A DNA stretch of 64,000 bases, taken from an uncultured Chlamydiae bacterium (GTDB lineage: Bacteria; Chlamydiota; Chlamydiia; Chlamydiales; SM23-39). Below the pieces are notes generated by a model. It saw only the letters and a program-made list of their open reading frames with translations, was not told the DNA's origin and ran no database searches. Below, in pieces: positions 38,598 to 49,748 of the stretch (the first letter of the stretch is position 1; every line of letters starts with the position of its first letter). The position numbers were made by a program, and so were the translations under genes. Location: contig CAWHDP010000002.1 of the NCBI GenBank assembly GCA_963828125.1, positions 448,001-512,000 on the forward strand, written 5' to 3'.

Positions 38598-40018
38598 GAC
38601 GATCTCCCCTCGAGGAAATCGACCAACAGCCTGAGCCCGTGGCCTGTGCCGCGGACCGGATTGTAGTCCTTGGGTTTAGGGATAAAGGCAGGCCCTGCGA
38701 TGTCGAGATGGGCCCAAGGGACGGTTCCGGCAAATTCCTGTAAAAAAAGGGCCGCCTTGATGGCCCCCGCCTCCCGACCCCCGCTATTTTTCATGTCGGC
38801 TATCTCAGATTTCAGCGACTCTTTGTAGTCGCTATGCATCGGAAAACGCCAGATCAACTCATCGGTCCGCTCGGATGATTCGGCGAGCTGCTCAGCCAGG
38901 CCGTCATCATTGGAAAAAAGCCCAGAAATCCCATCGCCAAGGGCCACCACGCAAGAACCTGTTAGAGTGGCGACGTCAATGATGCAGCCCGGTTTGAGGT
39001 TTTGAGCCGCATACGCAATGGCGTCTGCTAAAACGAGCCGCCCCTCCGCATCCGTATTATTGATCTCGATGGTCTTCCCCGAATAGGCGCGGTAGACGTC
39101 GCCCAACTTATAGCTTTTCGATCCGATGCAGTTCTCAGTGAGAGGCATGAGAGCCGTCACATTGACCTTGAGTCCTAACACCGCCGCTATTCTCACAGCA
39201 GAGAGAACCGTGGCGGCGCCCGCCATATCGCACTTCATATCGAGCATCCCGTCGGTCGGCTTGATACTTAAGCCTCCGGTATCATAAGTGATCCCCTTGC
39301 CGACTAAAACAACCTGCTCATCCGATTTTGGACAGCCCTTATATGAAACTTGAACTAGGTACGGATCCAGACTAGAGGCTCGATTCACTGCCAAAATCAG
39401 CCCCATCTTTTCCGCTTCCAGCCTTTTTTTATCGAAAATCACAGTTTTGATCTTGGGGTGGGCTTTTTTTGCGGCTTTGAGGAATAGATCGATTTTATCA
39501 TCTGCGTTTGCATTGACAAGATCGCGGACAAAATAGACCCCCTCAATGATTTTCTGGAGTTTATCCGAGAGATCGTTCCTTTCGATCCCCACAAAGGAGA
39601 CCTGTTCCAACAGAACCACCGGATCTTCGTTCAGTACATCGTGTTTGTAGGTGAATGAATAGTTCGTCAGAAGGAGCCCTTCGACGATCCCCTGCAAGAA
39701 CGCCCTCCTCTGCTTGCATTTCGGAAAGAGGAGATCGATCTTTTTGACTTTTTTCGCCTGCGCCGTCCGGACTACAGCGGAATAAGCCTTTCTCAACGCC
39801 TCAACGCTCGCCTTATCTTGCGCTCCAAGCCCAATCAACAAAATCCGCTGTCCGCCTAAATAGCAGAGGGCCGCCTCCCCATTCTTTCCTTTGAAATCGA
39901 AGAGAGGCCCTTCTAGATCGACAAGACTGAACTCGGCCGCCCCCTTGGGCCCTTCCCAAAACGGAAGAACCCAGAGACCAGACCCTTGTTCCAGATTGGA
40001 CGCATAGGAAACTTTCAA
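38594..40018 (-). CDS. pepA: Leucyl aminopeptidase (M17)
   Basis: GKGITYDTGGLSIK, MKCDMAG, NTDAEGRL, HLDIAG motifs; TTG start. Confidence 0.95.
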   Translation of the reverse strand: MKVSYASNLEQGSGLWVLPFWEGPKGAAEFSLVDLEGPLFDFKGKNGEAALCYLGGQRILLIGLGAQDKASVEALRKAYSAVVRTAQAKKVKKIDLLFPKCKQRRAFLQGIVEGLLLTNYSFTYKHDVLNEDPVVLLEQVSFVGIERNDLSDKLQKIIEGVYFVRDLVNANADDKIDLFLKAAKKAHPKIKTVIFDKKRLEAEKMGLILAVNRASSLDPYLVQVSYKGCPKSDEQVVLVGKGITYDTGGLSIKPTDGMLDMKCDMAGAATVLSAVRIAAVLGLKVNVTALMPLTENCIGSKSYKLGDVYRAYSGKTIEINNTDAEGRLVLADAIAYAAQNLKPGCIIDVATLTGSCVVALGDGISGLFSNDDGLAEQLAESSERTDELIWRFPMHSDYKESLKSEIADMKNSGGREAGAIKAALFLQEFAGTVPWAHLDIAGPAFIPKPKDYNPVRGTGHGLRLLVDFLEGRSS

Positions 40019-40521
40019 AACGGAACCTCATCGTCGTAGGTTTCCCCCTTGCCTTGCGAAGCGGCCGCTGCGCTGGCGAGATAAGGATTGACGACCGGCG
40101 GCTCAGCTGAGGGGTGCGAACCTGGATGCGCTCCAAAAGGGGCCGTGGAGGCTGCATGGGCTGGCTGCTGCCCTTCTCCAGCAGCTGGCTGGCTGCCGCC
40201 CGGTTTGCCGAAGGGGCTGAATTCGATATGGAAGGCGGTCACATCCAAGGAAATTTGCGGCTTGCCTTCGCGGTCGGTAAAAATTTCTGGCTTATGGATT
40301 TCGCCATGAATGATCACGGCAGACCCCTTTTTCATAAAGGAGAGCAGTTTATCGAATTGCTCGCCCCAAAGAGTGACGCGCCACCAGATGGTGACGTCTT
40401 CGCCACCCTTTCCTTTTCTGGAACGGCTCGCTACTTTTAGATGGGTCACTTTTTTACCGGTTGAGGTAAAGCGGACTTCGGGATCGGCTCCAAGATGCCC
40501 TGCGATATGGATGAAATTCAC
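40015..40521 (-). CDS. ssb: Single-stranded DNA-binding protein
   Basis: GHLGADPEVRFT and C-terminal DDEVPF; probable GTG start with GGAGG RBS. Confidence 0.95.
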   Translation of the reverse strand: MNFIHIAGHLGADPEVRFTSTGKKVTHLKVASRSRKGKGGEDVTIWWRVTLWGEQFDKLLSFMKKGSAVIIHGEIHKPEIFTDREGKPQISLDVTAFHIEFSPFGKPGGSQPAAGEGQQPAHAASTAPFGAHPGSHPSAEPPVVNPYLASAAAASQGKGETYDDEVPF

Positions 40522-40575
40522 ATGAACCTCCAATAAATTCTTTGTTCTCTATTATCCTAAGGGAAAGGAAAAGGG

Positions 40576-41424
40576 TCAAGCTGAAAAAGGGCGGGGCCAA
40601 AAATAGAATAAAAACCCGGCGAGGATGACAGGCACGCTCAAGATCTGCCCCATCGTCAGCGTCGATACCGAAAGGAGGCGGCTCTGCTCGATTTTCAAAA
40701 ATTCGATGACAAAACGGAAGCCGAAAACCAAAATAAAAAAAAGACCGATCAGTTTACCGGGGGTTTCGAGAAAATATTTGCGAAAACTGAGGCGCCATAG
40801 GACAAAAAAGACAAACAGATAGAAAAGGGCCTCATAAATCTGTACGGGATGGCGAGGAATGGGGGGGCCGTGGTCGGCAGGGTGGCCAAAAATGACTCCC
40901 CATGGCAAGTTGGTCGGCGTCCCTAAGACCTCCTGGTTGATGAAATTGCCGACCCGGATCAAAGCGCCGCCAAGAGCGGTTGGAATCGAAATGAAATCGA
41001 GAAGGCGAACCCAGCGCAACTCAGGCTCGGTTTTTCGAATCCGGTAGCTGAATAGAGCGATGGCGGCAATAATCCCGACAATAGCCCCATGACTGGCAAG
41101 CCCCCCTTCCCAGATCCGGAAAATTTCGAGCGGGTGATTCAAATAGTAACCAGGACGCTCGTAGAACAAAAAATGGCCGAGCCTGGCGCCAATGACCGTT
41201 CCGAGGATCACGTAGAGGGTCAACCGGTCGGTGATCTGAATGGCTTTGGCTTTCTGATTTTTTCCCAAAAAACGGGTTAAAACGGCGACAAAAATGGGGA
41301 AACCGATCGCAAAACCGAGAGAAAAAAGGACTCCATACCAAGTGACTGGCCAATTGAAGAAAGGCAAGCGGAAAATCTCAAGTTTCGGATCCCAATAAAT
41401 GGCGGAATACAGACAACGACTCAT
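40576..41424 (-). CDS. lgt: Prolipoprotein diacylglyceryl transferase
   Basis: WYG, GARLGH, GGLASHG, RVGNFINQE, HPVQIYE, MGQILS motifs. Confidence 0.96.
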   Translation of the reverse strand: MSRCLYSAIYWDPKLEIFRLPFFNWPVTWYGVLFSLGFAIGFPIFVAVLTRFLGKNQKAKAIQITDRLTLYVILGTVIGARLGHFLFYERPGYYLNHPLEIFRIWEGGLASHGAIVGIIAAIALFSYRIRKTEPELRWVRLLDFISIPTALGGALIRVGNFINQEVLGTPTNLPWGVIFGHPADHGPPIPRHPVQIYEALFYLFVFFVLWRLSFRKYFLETPGKLIGLFFILVFGFRFVIEFLKIEQSRLLSVSTLTMGQILSVPVILAGFLFYFWPRPFSA

Positions 41425-41882
41425 CTCTTTGGCGCCGGCCCCTCTGCGAGACGTGCGGCCCGAAAATAAAAAAGGGCTCCATTGAGAAGCGCGGAGCCGA
41501 TTGCAACGTCGATCGTCCCCCGAACGTCTATGGGGATCGGCAAAAAGCGGAAGACCATTCCGAGCGCCATCATCGAACCGAGCAAGATCCAGTAGGTGGG
41601 GCCGTAGACCTGTTTAAATGGGATCGGCAAAGGGAGGGCGGCGATACGCGCTACCACTCTCCGAACTGTTTTGATGAGGACGAAACGGGCCTTAAAAAAG
41701 CCGATGAGGAGGCCGGTTGCGATGAAGAAGGCGGCCGTCTTTTGAGGAGTCCCTGTCTGATGGCAGAGAGAGTCGGTCTGAAAGGGGGCCTCAGCCATGA
41801 GACGAAGTCCTTTGTAAAGGAGGAAAGCGCCTACGGCAAACCAGACAAATCCTGAAAAAGCGATCCAACTTCGATGTTTCAT
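41421..41882 (-). CDS. Hypothetical integral membrane protein
   Basis: About 4 hydrophobic segments; overlaps the lgt start. Confidence 0.7.
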   Translation of the reverse strand: MKHRSWIAFSGFVWFAVGAFLLYKGLRLMAEAPFQTDSLCHQTGTPQKTAAFFIATGLLIGFFKARFVLIKTVRRVVARIAALPLPIPFKQVYGPTYWILLGSMMALGMVFRFLPIPIDVRGTIDVAIGSALLNGALFYFRAARLAEGPAPKR

Positions 41883-41977
41883 GAAGGCATCGTAACAAAT
41901 TTTTGTATTGTCTGTCGACAAAAATCGAACCCATCACTACAATCCGCTGTCACATCAACTTTATGGAGCGGCCCATT

Positions 41978-43045
41978 ATGAATCTCGCCCTTGCGTTTAC
42001 ACGGATTTTGTTTGTCATTCTCAGCATTTTCTTTATGACTGTCTATATGATCTCTGGACCCGGTGGATATACGGGAATGAATTTAGGCTGGGGCGTCGGG
42101 CTCGGCCTATTATTGAGCCTCATTTTAATGGGTTTCGAACTCCTGTTTAAGCGATTCAACCTCCGCGCCTTCAACGTGGCGATCCTCGGCCTTTTCGTCG
42201 GTTATCTCATGGGTCAGGCCCTTGTCATCATCCTCGCCGCGATCCTCCAAATCAGCGCTGCGTCGATCCATCTACAACCGGAAGGGCTCGAAGTGATCCA
42301 AATCGCCCTTTTCCTCTTTGGCGTTTATCTGGGGACCCTCATGACGATCCGGGCCTCCGATGAATTGTATGTGAGCGTCCCTTTCGTCCGGTTCACTCCG
42401 ACCGTTCAGAAGAAAAGAGACCTGCTCATTGACGCCTCTATCCTCGCTGACGCTCGCATTCTCGATCTCGCTGGATCTGGGATCGTCGATCACCATCTCA
42501 TCTTGCCCCGTTTTCTGATTAAAGATCTGTATATCCAAGCCGAATCGCAAGACGAACCACACCGCAATAAAGGGAAGCGGGTCCTAGACATTGTCAAGAA
42601 GCTCGAAGGGCTGCCAGACCTTGGCCTCCGCTACAACGACACCGATTTTCCCGAAGTGAAAGATCCGATGGGAAAAATGATCCGTCTCGCCCGTCTGCTC
42701 GACGCAAATATCATGACAGCAGACATCAGCAGAGTGCAGATGGCCGCGATCGAAGGGGTTCGGGTGATCAATCTCCACACCCTTTCCAATGCCCTGAAAC
42801 CGCTGATGCAGGCAGGAGAACACATCAAAATCAAGATCCAGCGCTACGGTAAAGAGCCGCGGCAAGGGGTCGGCTATTTGGAAGACGGCACCATGGTGGT
42901 CGTGAACGGAGGAGGAGAGTACATTGGCGAGACGATCGACGCCAAAGTCCTCTCGGTGAAACACACCTCGTCGGGCCGGATGATTTTCTGCAATGCGCCG
43001 GACGAGGAGGGGGGATACCACTCCTACGATGATGAGGGACAATAA
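41978..43045 (+). CDS. YacL-like PIN/TRAM domain membrane protein
   Basis: 4 TM segments, IDASILADARI (PIN), GKEPRQGVGYLEDGTMVVV and SSGRMIF (TRAM). Confidence 0.9.
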   Translation: MNLALAFTRILFVILSIFFMTVYMISGPGGYTGMNLGWGVGLGLLLSLILMGFELLFKRFNLRAFNVAILGLFVGYLMGQALVIILAAILQISAASIHLQPEGLEVIQIALFLFGVYLGTLMTIRASDELYVSVPFVRFTPTVQKKRDLLIDASILADARILDLAGSGIVDHHLILPRFLIKDLYIQAESQDEPHRNKGKRVLDIVKKLEGLPDLGLRYNDTDFPEVKDPMGKMIRLARLLDANIMTADISRVQMAAIEGVRVINLHTLSNALKPLMQAGEHIKIKIQRYGKEPRQGVGYLEDGTMVVVNGGGEYIGETIDAKVLSVKHTSSGRMIFCNAPDEEGGYHSYDDEGQ

Positions 43046-43046
43046 G

Positions 43047-43409
43047 ATGCAGGGCATTGGCAACGACATCGTTGAAATCGAACGGATTCGATTGAGCATC
43101 GAACGACACGGCCAGCATTTTCTCAATCGGCTTTTTACGCAGCTGGAACAAGATTACTGTTACAAGTTCAAAGATCCGGCGTCCCACTTTGCCGGCCGCT
43201 TTGCAGCCAAAGAAGCGGTGGCCAAGGCGCTTGGAACCGGCTTTGGCGCCGACTTATCTTGGCTCGATATTGAAATTGTCGCAGGCGCATACGGAAGACC
43301 ACATGTTCACCTCTCCGAAAAAGCCAAGAAATTCTTTAAAGACCCCCACATCCTCGTCTCGATTAGCCACTCTGCCATCTCTGCAACCGCTGTCGCCATC
43401 TATACTTAA
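43047..43409 (+). CDS. acpS: Holo-ACP synthase
   Basis: GIGNDIVE, AGRFAAKEAVAKALGTG, SISHS motifs. Confidence 0.95.
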   Translation: MQGIGNDIVEIERIRLSIERHGQHFLNRLFTQLEQDYCYKFKDPASHFAGRFAAKEAVAKALGTGFGADLSWLDIEIVAGAYGRPHVHLSEKAKKFFKDPHILVSISHSAISATAVAIYT

Positions 43410-43470
43410 GACTTTTCAATAAAGACGACAAGAGCTATTATGGCCCCGGTTCAAACAAAAGGATGTTTAT

Positions 43471-43824
43471 ATGAGCGTAAATCAAGTCGCTTTTTGCACA
43501 GTTGTTGGCCTCGGAGTGGTCACTGGGGGGGCTGCGATCGCTGCCGCCGTAACGGCGAACACAGTTGCCCTAATCGCCTATACTATTTTGGCTATCACTG
43601 CGGGGGGCGCTTCCCTTGCATCTGTCACCGCTTGGCTAGACGCTACTTCAACCGATGCGGGAACATATTTTCAAAATATGCAAAAACATGCAACCATTGC
43701 CATTGCAGGGCTTTATACATTTGTCGCCCAAACGCTGCTTCAATCCTTAATTCAAGGTATTGCAAACGGCGTCTCAAAAGTGATTACAAGAAAAATCGCC
43801 GGACCCGATATAACCATTAACTAG
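43471..43824 (+). CDS. Small hydrophobic Inc-like hypothetical protein
   Basis: About 50-aa bilobed hydrophobic N-terminal region; AAGGA RBS. Confidence 0.6.
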   Translation: MSVNQVAFCTVVGLGVVTGGAAIAAAVTANTVALIAYTILAITAGGASLASVTAWLDATSTDAGTYFQNMQKHATIAIAGLYTFVAQTLLQSLIQGIANGVSKVITRKIAGPDITIN

Positions 43825-44624
43825 AAAGAAAATGGGAGTAAATAACTAAATATAAACGAGTTAACCTGCTCAGGGCACGATTTGGCGAGGAGGCGGCGCA
43901 TATAAGAGAGGCGGAGGGTGCCCCAGACGCCGATCCGATAGCCGTAGCGGAGGCCGGCGTCGATCGATTTCTGTCTGATTTTGGCATACCCGTCAAAATG
44001 ATCGATATAGACGGTGCTGTGGCGGCCATATCCGTTGCTCCCTTCGGCGAGGAGGGCGAGCTTGTGCTGGCCGTCGTAATTGGTCTCGAGGGCGACAATC
44101 CCTTTCACCCAGGGCGAGCCTTTATTGGCCTGGCCTACGGCGCCGTACCCCCAAAAACGCCACGCCCAGGAGTCGGATACATCGAACTCCTTGCCAAGGG
44201 AAAAATTGAGTTCGCAATCGAGATTGGCGTGATAAGGGCAGCTCACGTCGTGCAAACTGTCTGTATTTGTAAAACGGAGGCTCCCTCCTGTAGCGAGGGT
44301 GATCCGATCGCCGATGATGTCGTCAAGCCAAAGATAGCGGGCCTGAAGGGCGATCGTCCGAAAATTGAATTTCTCTTGAGTCGTATCGGCAAATTGAAGA
44401 TCGGCGTCGACGCTCCATTCCGGAGTGGGAGAAAAATCGAGACCCAGATAGGCGACGTGCGATTGAAAGGCGCTCGTAAGTTGGGGCTTCCCCTTTTGCA
44501 CCTTGTTAAAAAAACTATAGTCATAGCAGCCGAGAAAATGAAATTCGAGACAATCGCCGAACCAGGGCTGAACCTCTAGCGAGATTCCTAAGAGGGGAAA
44601 GAGGAGGAAAAAGAGCTTTCTCAT
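43821..44624 (-). CDS. Hypothetical outer-membrane beta-barrel protein
   Basis: Signal peptide, alternating aromatic beta-strand pattern, C-terminal FSF. Confidence 0.65.
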   Translation of the reverse strand: MRKLFFLLFPLLGISLEVQPWFGDCLEFHFLGCYDYSFFNKVQKGKPQLTSAFQSHVAYLGLDFSPTPEWSVDADLQFADTTQEKFNFRTIALQARYLWLDDIIGDRITLATGGSLRFTNTDSLHDVSCPYHANLDCELNFSLGKEFDVSDSWAWRFWGYGAVGQANKGSPWVKGIVALETNYDGQHKLALLAEGSNGYGRHSTVYIDHFDGYAKIRQKSIDAGLRYGYRIGVWGTLRLSYMRRLLAKSCPEQVNSFIFSYLLPFSF

Positions 44625-45571
44625 TCCAGTCCCATTTCATTCAGCCACCTCTCAGCGTCAAGCGCCGCCATACATCCGGTGCCGGCGGCCGTAATCGCTT
44701 GCCTATAGGTCGGATCTTGGACGTCGCCTGCGGCAAAGACTCCGTCGCAAGAGGTGCGCATAGACCCGTTTTTGACCCGGATATACCCAACTTCGTTCGT
44801 CTCGAGCTGCCCTTTGAGAAATGGGGTGTTCGGCTGGTGGCCGATGGCAAAAAAGAGGCCGCCCGCTTCCCGCTCTTCCAGAAGGTTCGTTGCGTAATTC
44901 CTCAAGAGAACGGTTTGAACGATCCGGTCTCCGGCCACTTTTTCAATGCCGCTGTTCCAAAGAATTTCAATTTTTGGGTGCTTGAGGGCCCGCTCGGCCA
45001 TGATTTTGGAGGCGCGGAGTTCGCCTCTCCGGTGGACGATGAAGACTTTGCTCCCGTATTTGGTGAGAAACATCGCCTCTTCAACAGCGCTGTCTCCCCC
45101 GCCGATCACGTAGAGGGGTCGTCCTCGGAAAATAGGGGCCGCTCCATCACAAACAGCGCAAGCGGAGACCCCTTTTTGCCAAAACTGGCCGTCGCGGGCC
45201 CCTTCAATGTCGAGCCGCTTGGCTGTCGCACCCGTTGCGATGATGAGCGCCTCTGTCCGAACGTGGGTTGTAGAACCGCGGATCAGGAAGGGACGTTTGG
45301 ATAGATCGACCGACTCGACGTCTTCAGTCAAGATTTTTGTCCCGAAGCGGAGCGATTGCGCGCGGAAATTGTCCATGAGCGCCGGCCCCATAATCCCCTC
45401 GGGGAAGCCCGGATAATTTTCCACCTCTGTAGTGGTCATGAGCTGGCCGCCAGGCGGGCCGCTCATAAATCCTTCAAAGAGGAGCGGATGCAACTCGGCA
45501 CGCGCGGCATAAACGGCCGCTGTATGCGCGGCAGGGCCAGATCCAATGATGACTAGTGTTTTCGTTTCCAT
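44621..45571 (-). CDS. trxB: Thioredoxin reductase
   Basis: [39 protein letters not shown] motifs. Confidence 0.97.
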   Translation of the reverse strand: METKTLVIIGSGPAAHTAAVYAARAELHPLLFEGFMSGPPGGQLMTTTEVENYPGFPEGIMGPALMDNFRAQSLRFGTKILTEDVESVDLSKRPFLIRGSTTHVRTEALIIATGATAKRLDIEGARDGQFWQKGVSACAVCDGAAPIFRGRPLYVIGGGDSAVEEAMFLTKYGSKVFIVHRRGELRASKIMAERALKHPKIEILWNSGIEKVAGDRIVQTVLLRNYATNLLEEREAGGLFFAIGHQPNTPFLKGQLETNEVGYIRVKNGSMRTSCDGVFAAGDVQDPTYRQAITAAGTGCMAALDAERWLNEMGLE

Positions 45572-45634
45572 GAGTGAGCGCCCAACTAAAAGAACGCTAT
45601 CCTTTTTACACGGAATTTTGGTTTCATTCAAGGA

Positions 45635-46450
45635 TTATTGAAATTCTTCAGAGAGCTCTTTAGAGCGTCTCGCAGAAGCGGAGACTACGTTTTGAAGGTG
45701 TTCATCGACGTGCAACGCGGTCATCATTTTGAGTCCCGCTTCAGTAGTCCCATTGGGGGTGGCGATCTGTCGGAGAAGGGTTTGCGGATCTCCGGTTTTC
45801 AGAACGAGTTTGGCGGCGCCGGCAAATGTTTGGGCGGCCATTTTGAGGGCCTTGGCGTAAGAGAGCCCCTCTTTTTCGCCGATGCGGGCCATCGCCTCGA
45901 TGAGGCGAAAGACAAATCCTGGGCCGCTCCCTGCAATGCCGCAGCAGACGTCCATCATCGCCTCGGGCACTTCAATGGCCTCTCCCATGCAGGAAAAAAG
46001 GAGATTGGAGAGGCTCCGAAATGCGAGGGGGGGATTCGGGCTATAGCTGAGGACGGTCATCCCCATGGCCACTTCAGAGGCCAAATTCGGCATGATCCGG
46101 AGGATCGGATTGTCAAATATTTTCTGATAATAACTCAGTTTGACCCCTGCGAGCATCGAGATGATCGGTTTGGACGAACCGACGCGGCACCGTTTGAGAT
46201 CCCGCAATAGAGCGCCTGCTTGAGCGGGCCTGACCCCGAGGATTAAGATATCGCTCGTCTCCGCTATCGTTTCCAGGGTGGCTGCCGTGATGCCGAACTC
46301 TTGTTCATTCTTCCTCATTTTTTCCGTATCGCGCCGAATAAAAGAGACTTGGGAGCGGGGGATGAGCTTAGCTTGGGCAATGGCTTTAAAAATAATTTGG
46401 GCCATATGGCCGAAGCCGATAAAGCCTAAACGGGCGTCAGAAATCTTCAT
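45635..46450 (-). CDS. proC: Pyrroline-5-carboxylate reductase
   Basis: GFIGFGHM, RIMPN, GSGPGF, ATPNGTT motifs. Confidence 0.93.
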   Translation of the reverse strand: MKISDARLGFIGFGHMAQIIFKAIAQAKLIPRSQVSFIRRDTEKMRKNEQEFGITAATLETIAETSDILILGVRPAQAGALLRDLKRCRVGSSKPIISMLAGVKLSYYQKIFDNPILRIMPNLASEVAMGMTVLSYSPNPPLAFRSLSNLLFSCMGEAIEVPEAMMDVCCGIAGSGPGFVFRLIEAMARIGEKEGLSYAKALKMAAQTFAGAAKLVLKTGDPQTLLRQIATPNGTTEAGLKMMTALHVDEHLQNVVSASARRSKELSEEFQ

Positions 46451-46536
46451 ATCTTGAAAGGTAGGGAAAAACGTTTTTTTTTGCCAGATTAAAATCCCCT
46501 TTATCGTACAATGGCGGTATTGAAATTCGAGGGGAA

Positions 46537-49305
46537 TTGTTAAAAATTATTCACAAGGCTTTTGGTCTTTATTCGGGTGAAGGAACCCACGCTCTTCGCT
46601 TCGCCAGGCTCGCTGTTCTCTGGGCCTTCGGCAGCTCGTGTTTGGACACTTTGAGCGACGGTTTTTTTCTCGAAAAAATTGGGGCCGAATCGCTCCCCGC
46701 GGTCTACCTCTTTATTGCCTTAGGGATGATCGGAGTCTCCTCCCTTGTCCTCTACAGCCTTAGGTCGATGAGCCCCTACCGGATTTTGTCCATCGCTCTT
46801 GCCATGGGCGCCTGTATTTGCATTGCCTCTGCCTTGATTGTGGGGGCCTCCCCGCCCGACTGGTTTTGGTATGCGCTTAAAATCAGCTCGCGGATGTTCT
46901 TCGCCGTGATGATCGCCTGTTCTTGGACCTTCACCGACCAGTATCACGATCTCCAAGACGCCAAAAGGATCTATTCGATCTATAGCGCAGCTTACTTTTT
47001 CGGCACTATTTTGTCGGGGACAGCGATCAATTTACTTCTCGATCGAATCGGCTTTTCAGGCCTTCTGCTCGCCGCTGCCCTCTCGATCGGCTACGCCATG
47101 GTCGAGGCCCGCGGGATTGCCCACAAAGCCAAGGCGGTTCACGACGATACGGTAGAGGGGGTCTTTTCGGGAAGCAGAGATTCGTTTGCCTCGGTCGTCC
47201 AGCTCATCATCCGCTCCCGCTTTGCCATCATCCTCCTCACTTTAAGCCTTTTTGTCCAGCTCCTCATCACTGTGACCGAGTTCAATTACATGGAGTCGTT
47301 CGGCCATTTTTTTCAAGCCCCGGCCGAAGGGGAGATCGCCGCTTTCCTCGGGAAATGCAGAGCGATCATCTCCCTTTGCAATATCGTGTTCGGCGTCTTT
47401 TTTTACGGCCGGTTTGTCCGGAGGATGGGGCTCAATAACGCCATTTTGATCACCCCCCTGTTTTTCTTCGCCGTTTATTCCGGCTGGATTTTTCAAGACG
47501 CTATGTGGCTGGCTGTGCTGGGGCTCATCGCTGTAGACGGGATTCTCTTCACCGTCGAAGACAATTGCTTCAATCTCCTCTCCAACGCTGTTCCGACAAA
47601 GCTCAAATCGAAAGTGCGGATCATTAACGATTCGTTCTTCGAACCGATCGGCATGCTCCTCAGTTCGCTCCTCCTGTTCGCCCTCTCGGGAGGGAGCCGT
47701 TGGCTCGGGATGATTTTGACCCTCGTCGTCCTTGTTTTGGCCTTGGTCATCCGGGCCATCTACTCCAAGGCGATCATGATCAATTTAAAAGACAACGCGC
47801 TCCATTTCGAACGGAAACTGAAAAATTGGCTCGCTTCGATGACCCGCAGAGAGCAAAAAGAGGTGAAAAAAGATATTCTCGAAGCGCTCCGCTCTCCCTC
47901 GGAAGAGACGCAGCTTCTCGCGATCGAATCGCTTTTACAATTGGGGGAGAGCCTCCCTCAGGTCGTCTCGATCGCCAAGCGCTTTGGCACCGTCTCTAAA
48001 ATCCACTTCCTCCGCCTCTTGGAAGGGACCCCTTTCAGCAACGATTCCCGGATGATCGAAATGATCGATCGTTGGACCGATGAAAATGAATCTCCAGAGC
48101 TCTCTAAATGGGCTTATTTATATTTAGCTAAACGGGGGCTTCACCACCCAGAAACAGCGGAAGACGATCTGGATGACCCCGATCTTTTTTTAAGAGGCGC
48201 AGCCATTTTAACCATGAAAAAATCGCTCGCCAACCAATCGCTCGACTACGCGGCCCTCAACCGGACGATCGCCGCAAAAAAACTCGATTTAATGCTCAAA
48301 TCGATCCGGATCGATGAGATCAGCATGGGGCTCGATATCTTAGCTGAAGAAAATACTCTGGAAGCTGCGGAACGCGCTCTCCCCTTCCTCTCGCATGAGG
48401 CGATCCTCGTCAAACGGGCAGCCAGCCGGTGCGTCGCCCGACTTGCGGACAAAAGGCTCGCCCGCCACGCTCCGAAGCTGATCGAAGAGCTAGAAACAGC
48501 GCGGGACAACCTCTTCCGCCTCTCTATTCTCGAAGCGTTGGGGAAAATTGCCGATTCGACGACGACGAAAGAGATCCTCCTGGCCAGCGTCCACTTCCGC
48601 CCGAATGAGCGGCGGAGAACCGAGGAGATCATCGTCCAAATGGGGCTCAAGATCGTCCCGCTCCTCCTCACGTTGACCAAGGATATCGCCCTTCCCGAAA
48701 GGGCCCGCATTTTGGCCGGGAAAATTTTAGGGCGTCTCGCCCTTCCGCAGCTGCAGGCCAATTTGATCGACATCCTCGACATTGAAATCGAAAGGGCCTA
48801 TTTCTATTTTTACTTCGGCCATACAATCCAAAAACAGCATCCGCTCTATGATCTTGAAATGCTGCAAAGCGCCCTTTTAAGCGGCTATCAATCGGTGACC
48901 GACTTCATCATCCACCTCCTCGGCGCCGCCGGTTCGTTAGAAGATCCCGAACTACTCGTCCGGGCCCTCCATAGCCGGAATGCGAAGATCCACTCCCACG
49001 CGGTCGAAAGTTTGGAAAAGACCTGCGACGTCCGGATCTTTAAGCTGATCGCTCCCCTCGTCGACGATTTGCCGCTGGAAGAGAAGATGGCCGCATGTCT
49101 TCAATGGCAGGGCGACTACCCCAAATTGACCCTCTCCGAACTGCTCGGCAAACTCGATCAGTCCCCCTCGCTATTTGATAAAATCGTCGCAGTGCGTCTG
49201 AAAGCGAAACTCCAAATGCCTAATTGGCGCCAGCAGCTGCGGGAACAAATGAAGCATTCGGATGAAACCTTCCACCAATTTGCCTATGAGTTGCTAGAAT
49301 CATGA
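46537..49305 (+). CDS. NTT/TLC-like MFS transporter fused to HEAT repeats
   Basis: About 12 TM N-terminal half (FLEKIGAESLP, WTFTDQYHDLQDAKRIY) and a helical-repeat C-terminal half; TTG start. Confidence 0.82.
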   Translation: MLKIIHKAFGLYSGEGTHALRFARLAVLWAFGSSCLDTLSDGFFLEKIGAESLPAVYLFIALGMIGVSSLVLYSLRSMSPYRILSIALAMGACICIASALIVGASPPDWFWYALKISSRMFFAVMIACSWTFTDQYHDLQDAKRIYSIYSAAYFFGTILSGTAINLLLDRIGFSGLLLAAALSIGYAMVEARGIAHKAKAVHDDTVEGVFSGSRDSFASVVQLIIRSRFAIILLTLSLFVQLLITVTEFNYMESFGHFFQAPAEGEIAAFLGKCRAIISLCNIVFGVFFYGRFVRRMGLNNAILITPLFFFAVYSGWIFQDAMWLAVLGLIAVDGILFTVEDNCFNLLSNAVPTKLKSKVRIINDSFFEPIGMLLSSLLLFALSGGSRWLGMILTLVVLVLALVIRAIYSKAIMINLKDNALHFERKLKNWLASMTRREQKEVKKDILEALRSPSEETQLLAIESLLQLGESLPQVVSIAKRFGTVSKIHFLRLLEGTPFSNDSRMIEMIDRWTDENESPELSKWAYLYLAKRGLHHPETAEDDLDDPDLFLRGAAILTMKKSLANQSLDYAALNRTIAAKKLDLMLKSIRIDEISMGLDILAEENTLEAAERALPFLSHEAILVKRAASRCVARLADKRLARHAPKLIEELETARDNLFRLSILEALGKIADSTTTKEILLASVHFRPNERRRTEEIIVQMGLKIVPLLLTLTKDIALPERARILAGKILGRLALPQLQANLIDILDIEIERAYFYFYFGHTIQKQHPLYDLEMLQSALLSGYQSVTDFIIHLLGAAGSLEDPELLVRALHSRNAKIHSHAVESLEKTCDVRIFKLIAPLVDDLPLEEKMAACLQWQGDYPKLTLSELLGKLDQSPSLFDKIVAVRLKAKLQMPNWRQQLREQMKHSDETFHQFAYELLES

Positions 49306-49748
49306 AGAGTTTAATTGAAAAAGCTTTCTTTTTAAAAAAAATGCGCCTCTTCTCCGATCTCGATCTGGAGATCCTCCTCGCAATCGCCGAAAAACTCCAC
49401 GAAGACGATTACGATAAAGAGGAAAAAGTCTTCACGCCAGGGCAGGTAGCCAACCGGATCTATTTGATCGTCTCGGGCGCCGTCCAAATTTTCGATGAGC
49501 AACGAAAACCTCTCTGCGAACTGCACGCGGGCGACTACTTTGGCGATGAATCGCTGTTCAACGAACAGCCGCGCGGCTACGCCGCGATCTGCAAGACCGA
49601 CGCCCTCTTCCTCACCCTCTCTCGGAGCCACCTCCTCTCGATCATCTCCGAATGCCCCTCCGTCGCAGTCACCCTCCTCCAGTCCTATTCGCAACAGCTC
49701 CCCTGCAGACATAGTAAACAACCTCTACCGCTAGGCGCCGAAAAATGA
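49302..49748 (+). CDS. Stand-alone cyclic nucleotide-binding domain protein
   Basis: IYLIVSGAV and GDYFGDESLFNEQPRGYAA motifs. Confidence 0.9.
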   Translation: MKSLIEKAFFLKKMRLFSDLDLEILLAIAEKLHEDDYDKEEKVFTPGQVANRIYLIVSGAVQIFDEQRKPLCELHAGDYFGDESLFNEQPRGYAAICKTDALFLTLSRSHLLSIISECPSVAVTLLQSYSQQLPCRHSKQPLPLGAEK